Shown one piece after another: positions 59,313-64,000 of a DNA stretch of 64,000 nt. Source of the DNA: Escherichia phage 55; sequence record OQ599310. The stretch is one strand, 5' to 3'. The position numbers and the translations under genes were made by a program. The notes under the pieces are model-generated. The model did not search any database and was not told the DNA's origin. It saw only the letters and a program-made list of their open reading frames with translations. Within the stretch, counting starts at the first letter, position 1. The number at the start of each line of letters is the position of its first letter.

Positions 59313-60881
59313 TTAAATTCCTTTAACGTAGACGCGTCTAAAGTAAGCGTTCTTACCAAGGCTGTTCAGGATAGACGGCATACCGGACTGGATGCGAGCA
59401 CCTGGAGCCTGCAGGGAACTTTCAGCAAACGGGTTAACACCGATACCGTAACGAGTTTTAAAGCCCATTACCGGCTGGAAGTTCTTAGGATCGGAACCAC
59501 GCAGTGGGGTAAGTGCAACGTAAGGAGCATAGTAAATACCTGCATCCATTTCGTTAGCGCCTTTGTAACCAACGGTGAAGTAATCCTGTTTAGCATACTG
59601 GTCGATGTATACGCGGTATTTACCACCAAGTACACCGGCAAATACAGACTTAGTAGTGTCGGTATTAAACCCAGAAGCCAGACCCTGTGCAGCGTAAGAA
59701 ATACCAGTATCAACTGAAGCCAGTACGTTAACTACGTTACGGGAAGCGATAATGAAGTTACCTTCACCACGACCGGTTTGACGAGCAATTTCAACTGCTT
59801 CTTTATCAATCTGGAACAACAGAGATTTAAAGCTTTCACCGGCCCAACGAGCACCACGGATATCAATCGGGTCCTGGAAGTCAAATACACCGGCTTTAGA
59901 ACCCGGAGTCAGGGTCATACCAGATTTACCAACCTGTGCAGAGTAGTTAATCCAATCAACAACTTCACGGTTGATTTCTAGCATAATTTCCGTAGCCAGA
60001 ATACCGCTCAGTTCAGCATCAGCATCCATACCGTGTACTGCACGGAGGTCTTGTGCTAATTCGATAGAGTAAGCAGCTTTCAGCTGGCGAGATTTAGCTT
60101 CGATAACTTGTTTATCGATACGGAAGCCCATTTCATTCCATGGGTTATCGGTAGAACCGTTGAAACCTTCCTGGAGTTCAGCGATAGAAGTAGCCATACC
60201 TTCAGCGATTTCTACCAGTGCACCAGCTTCCATTTGTTTCTTAACTTCTGCATCTAATTTAGCTGCATCAGTTGCACCAGAATCAAGTGTTACGACAGCA
60301 GAAGCTTGCAGATATACAGTACCAGTTTCTTGGAAGAAGTGAGTATAGATATCACCTACAACAGTAGTAGTGTCAGCAGCCAGAGCTGGGAATTTCTTAG
60401 CAGCACCCTGACCAGAGAACATCGCGTCTGGGGCATACATCGGATGGAAAGCTTCTTTAGCGCCAGCAGCGATAGGGTCTTTACCATATACTGCACGGAG
60501 AGCAAATACCTGACCGGTCGGGCTGTTCATAGGCTGAACACCACAAATATCAAAAGCGATCAGATTAGGAATAGCACGACGAACCATACCCATAACTGCC
60601 GGCCCAATTTGGGTTACTGCGCCAGAGGTTTGACCTGCTGCGATGTTCTGAGCATTATAACCATGGTCACCACCAATTTCAGCTTCGGTCAAGAAAGAAC
60701 CAAATGCCTGAGCGATTTTCTCGTCTTTATATTCAGGGGATACTTCGAAATCTTTTTCCTGGTTTTCGAAGATTTTAGCGATAATAGCCTGCTTGCTATT
60801 AGCGATTTCCGGCAGGCCTTCACCTTCCAGCAGTTCTTTCCATTTGTCTACGAGCTGAGCTTTAGTTTTGATAGTAGTCAT
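59313..60881 (-). CDS. 23: gp23 major capsid protein
   Basis: 522 aa; near-identical to remembered T4 gp23 (MTTIKTKAQLVDKWKELLEGEGLPEIANSKQAIIAKIFENQEKDF...). Confidence 0.96.
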   Translation of the reverse strand: MTTIKTKAQLVDKWKELLEGEGLPEIANSKQAIIAKIFENQEKDFEVSPEYKDEKIAQAFGSFLTEAEIGGDHGYNAQNIAAGQTSGAVTQIGPAVMGMVRRAIPNLIAFDICGVQPMNSPTGQVFALRAVYGKDPIAAGAKEAFHPMYAPDAMFSGQGAAKKFPALAADTTTVVGDIYTHFFQETGTVYLQASAVVTLDSGATDAAKLDAEVKKQMEAGALVEIAEGMATSIAELQEGFNGSTDNPWNEMGFRIDKQVIEAKSRQLKAAYSIELAQDLRAVHGMDADAELSGILATEIMLEINREVVDWINYSAQVGKSGMTLTPGSKAGVFDFQDPIDIRGARWAGESFKSLLFQIDKEAVEIARQTGRGEGNFIIASRNVVNVLASVDTGISYAAQGLASGFNTDTTKSVFAGVLGGKYRVYIDQYAKQDYFTVGYKGANEMDAGIYYAPYVALTPLRGSDPKNFQPVMGFKTRYGIGVNPFAESSLQAPGARIQSGMPSILNSLGKNAYFRRVYVKGI

Positions 60882-60898
60882 TTGTGTTAACCTTTAAA

Positions 60899-61711
60899 TT
60901 AGAAACGAGATGCGACTTTCGCATATAAACTTACATTAGAATTCTGTTCTACCTGAGTTGTGGTAGTGTCAACTGCTTCGGCAACAAAATTAAGACCGGC
61001 AGCGTCATTGTCAACTGTATTTATACTTTCGGTAATAGCGGCTTCTTCTTTAGTAGAACCTTTAACCATTTCTACAATAGCAGTTAACTTAGTACCAAAT
61101 GCGTCAGAATAATCCATACCTTCAACCAGGCCAATAACTTTTTCTTTCTGAGATTCAGTCAGGTCTTTTACGCTTTCATTAATAGCGGTTTCACGCTGAA
61201 CGTAATTGATATATGCATCACGTTTGGTAACTTCTTCGAACAAACGAGCGGTTTCTTCTTTATGTTCGGCCAGCTCTTCTTCCATTTCTGCTACAACATC
61301 TACAGATTCTTCTGGAACAACAACGTTATGTTCAACAAACAGTTCTTTCAGACCACCAAGCATGGATTCGAACAAATCAGCTTTAATGCCTTTATCAACT
61401 GCGATTTGGTTTTCTGCGAGCCATTCTTTTGCAAGATGGTCTAGGAATTTAGAAGCTTGTTCAGCCAATTTTTTATCAGCTTTCTCTTCAGCATCTTCTT
61501 TGGCCTTTTCAACTTCTTCTTCAGCCTTTTCGGCGATGGCTTTGATATGAGATTCAGCCAGTTTGACTGCTTCCTGCTTAACGGTGGCTTCGAATACAGT
61601 GCTGAAATTAGCTTTAACGTCCGGAGACAGTTCTACTGATTCGAAAACACTATTAAGAGCAACTGAAGTCTCGATGTTCTGAGCTTCTTTCAAAAGTTGT
61701 TCTTTGATCAT
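60899..61711 (-). CDS. 22: gp22 prohead core scaffold protein
   Basis: 270 aa; Glu/Lys/Ala-rich helical protein; size and position as T4 gp22. Confidence 0.9.
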   Translation of the reverse strand: MIKEQLLKEAQNIETSVALNSVFESVELSPDVKANFSTVFEATVKQEAVKLAESHIKAIAEKAEEEVEKAKEDAEEKADKKLAEQASKFLDHLAKEWLAENQIAVDKGIKADLFESMLGGLKELFVEHNVVVPEESVDVVAEMEEELAEHKEETARLFEEVTKRDAYINYVQRETAINESVKDLTESQKEKVIGLVEGMDYSDAFGTKLTAIVEMVKGSTKEEAAITESINTVDNDAAGLNFVAEAVDTTTTQVEQNSNVSLYAKVASRF

Positions 61712-61744
61712 TTTAGTGTCCTGTGGTTTAGATTACATTATTAT

Positions 61745-62386
61745 TTATAATGCTTTTAAACTCTCTGCGAGAGCTTTAAATGCTTCGTCAGCACTGTTTT
61801 TGGTGATTTCCACCGAATTTTCTGATTCTGATATTTGTTTAGGAGTAACCCAAGCATCTGGAGCAGAAGGTCCCCATACGGCATCTACACCGACGGTTAA
61901 TTTAAATCCTTCGTTCACGATACGGTACCCTTTATTGGTGTCGGTTAAAGAACCAAGACCACGAGAGGAAACACCTGGAATCCAACCAGCTCGTATATTA
62001 GCAGCTAATTTATCGCCGGGACCATGGTCGCCTTCAATAATTCTAGCACGTCCATATACATCGTTTCCTTTCCACCACATATCTTCAATAATGATAGCGG
62101 CTTGCATAGGGTCAACATTTGCACGAGGTGGATGGTTTAATTCTCCAAGGGCTTGTTTGGTTGCGACTTGTTCTTTAATATAGTCACTTACTGCTTTTTC
62201 CAAAACGCGTTTAGGATATAAACGTTTATTTCGGTTAACAACCTCTGCCTGAAGAAAAATACCTTCTATATAAAGCCCTGGTTTTAAGCCAGAATCTTTT
62301 CCATCATGAGATTCCAACATTGGAACGCCATCAATAATCTCACCGGGTTGACCCCAAGTTTCAATAAGTAACTCGGGTTTATTCAT
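61745..62386 (-). CDS. 21: gp21 prohead core protease
   Basis: 213 aa; size and position as T4 gp21. Confidence 0.9.
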   Translation of the reverse strand: MNKPELLIETWGQPGEIIDGVPMLESHDGKDSGLKPGLYIEGIFLQAEVVNRNKRLYPKRVLEKAVSDYIKEQVATKQALGELNHPPRANVDPMQAAIIIEDMWWKGNDVYGRARIIEGDHGPGDKLAANIRAGWIPGVSSRGLGSLTDTNKGYRIVNEGFKLTVGVDAVWGPSAPDAWVTPKQISESENSVEITKNSADEAFKALAESLKAL

Positions 62387-62811
62387 TAGCTTAATCCTAA
62401 TGCTTTACGACGTTTAAGAGCCTTTTTACGCTTACGCAGGCCTTTAACTTGGCCTGAAGGGTTAGCTTTTTTAGCTTTAACGACCTTACGAGCGATTTGT
62501 CTACGTTTTGCTTTAGAAAGACCAGTGGTTTGGAACGCGTTACGTTCACGAGTTTTACGGTCTTTAGTGCGGGTGACTTCACCACGAGAAGAAACATGTT
62601 TAACGATAAACTCATTTAACTGTTCTTCATTAATAATGGAAGCCATTGCAACAGCTAAATCCGTTTCAGTTTCAAGCATGTTCTCGATAATAGTATTTAT
62701 ATCGTCAATATCGAGAGCAGAAGACAATGCATCGATTCGGCCCTGTGCTTCAGGAATAAGTGCTTCGACATTTTCGAGTACCAATTCATAAGATTCAGGG
62801 ATAAGATACAT
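62386..62811 (-). CDS. 68: gp68 prohead core protein
   Basis: 141 aa, as T4 gp68. Confidence 0.85.
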   Translation of the reverse strand: MYLIPESYELVLENVEALIPEAQGRIDALSSALDIDDINTIIENMLETETDLAVAMASIINEEQLNEFIVKHVSSRGEVTRTKDRKTRERNAFQTTGLSKAKRRQIARKVVKAKKANPSGQVKGLRKRKKALKRRKALGLS

Positions 62812-63046
62812 TATTCATCGTCCTCATCATCTTCGTCTTCGTCGTCATCGCCTTCATCAGCGTCGTCTTCCGAAGCTTTAGCTTTCTTTTCTTCTTCAGG
62901 TTCTTCGCCTTCAATCAAAAATTGAGAAGCGATTTCTGCTTTGCGTGCTTCAATCAAACGAACCGTTTTTTCTGCCATTGCACTTTCAAAAAACTTTCGA
63001 GTAGCAACGAGGTCGTTTGATTTAATAGCTTGAATTAAATCGTCCA

Positions 63047-63047
<1 letters not shown>
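62811..63047 (-). CDS. 67: gp67 prohead core protein
   Basis: 78 aa with poly-acidic C-terminus ([15 protein letters not shown]); size and position as T4 gp67. Confidence 0.85.

Positions 63048-64000
<953 letters not shown>

Noticed and set aside
60882-60960. Expected TATAAATA late promoter upstream of gene 23
   Set aside because: No exact match found by eye in the 22-23 junction on the minus strand; left unannotated rather than guessed.

Overview
This window reads as a contiguous segment of a T4-like (Tevenvirinae) myovirus genome, in reverse orientation relative to the conventional T4 map. All calls are from reading the translated ORFs and the DNA by eye against remembered T4 proteins and gene order; no database search was run. 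Recognisable blocks in order: ndd-like/52 (topoisomerase II)/motA/asiA early region; holin t and long tail fibre genes 38-37-36-35-34 on the minus strand; rnh-dsbA-33-(GIY-YIG homing endonuclease)-59-32; frd-td-nrdA-nrdB-denA-rnlA-alc-spanins-pseT; a class I DAHP synthase next to cd (dCMP deaminase); 31-rIII-nine small 30.x-position genes-30 (DNA ligase)-alt; baseplate hub genes 54-48-29-28-27-51 (minus) and 26-25 (plus); uvsY-uvsW.1-uvsW-inh-hoc-rnlB; and head genes 24-23-22-21-68-67-20 (gene 20 runs off the window end). The ORF track uses GTG/TTG as well as ATG starts, so several starts were moved to an internal ATG with a Shine-Dalgarno. Regulatory signals visible by eye are T4-type early promoters (GTTTAC -35-like hexamer, about 17-18 bp, TGTGnTACTAT-type -10), several embedded in short palindromes; late promoters (TATAAATA); two MotA-box middle promoters; and many GC-rich hairpins with UUCG/CGAA-type loops followed by T-runs. 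No tRNA, CRISPR array, integrase or transposase was seen. The candidates most worth follow-up are the phage-encoded DAHP synthase, a NADAR/YbiA-like protein, an orphan early gene inserted between head genes 24 and 23, the palindromic promoter cassettes that flank small non-core genes, and a homing endonuclease gene wedged between genes 33 and 59.
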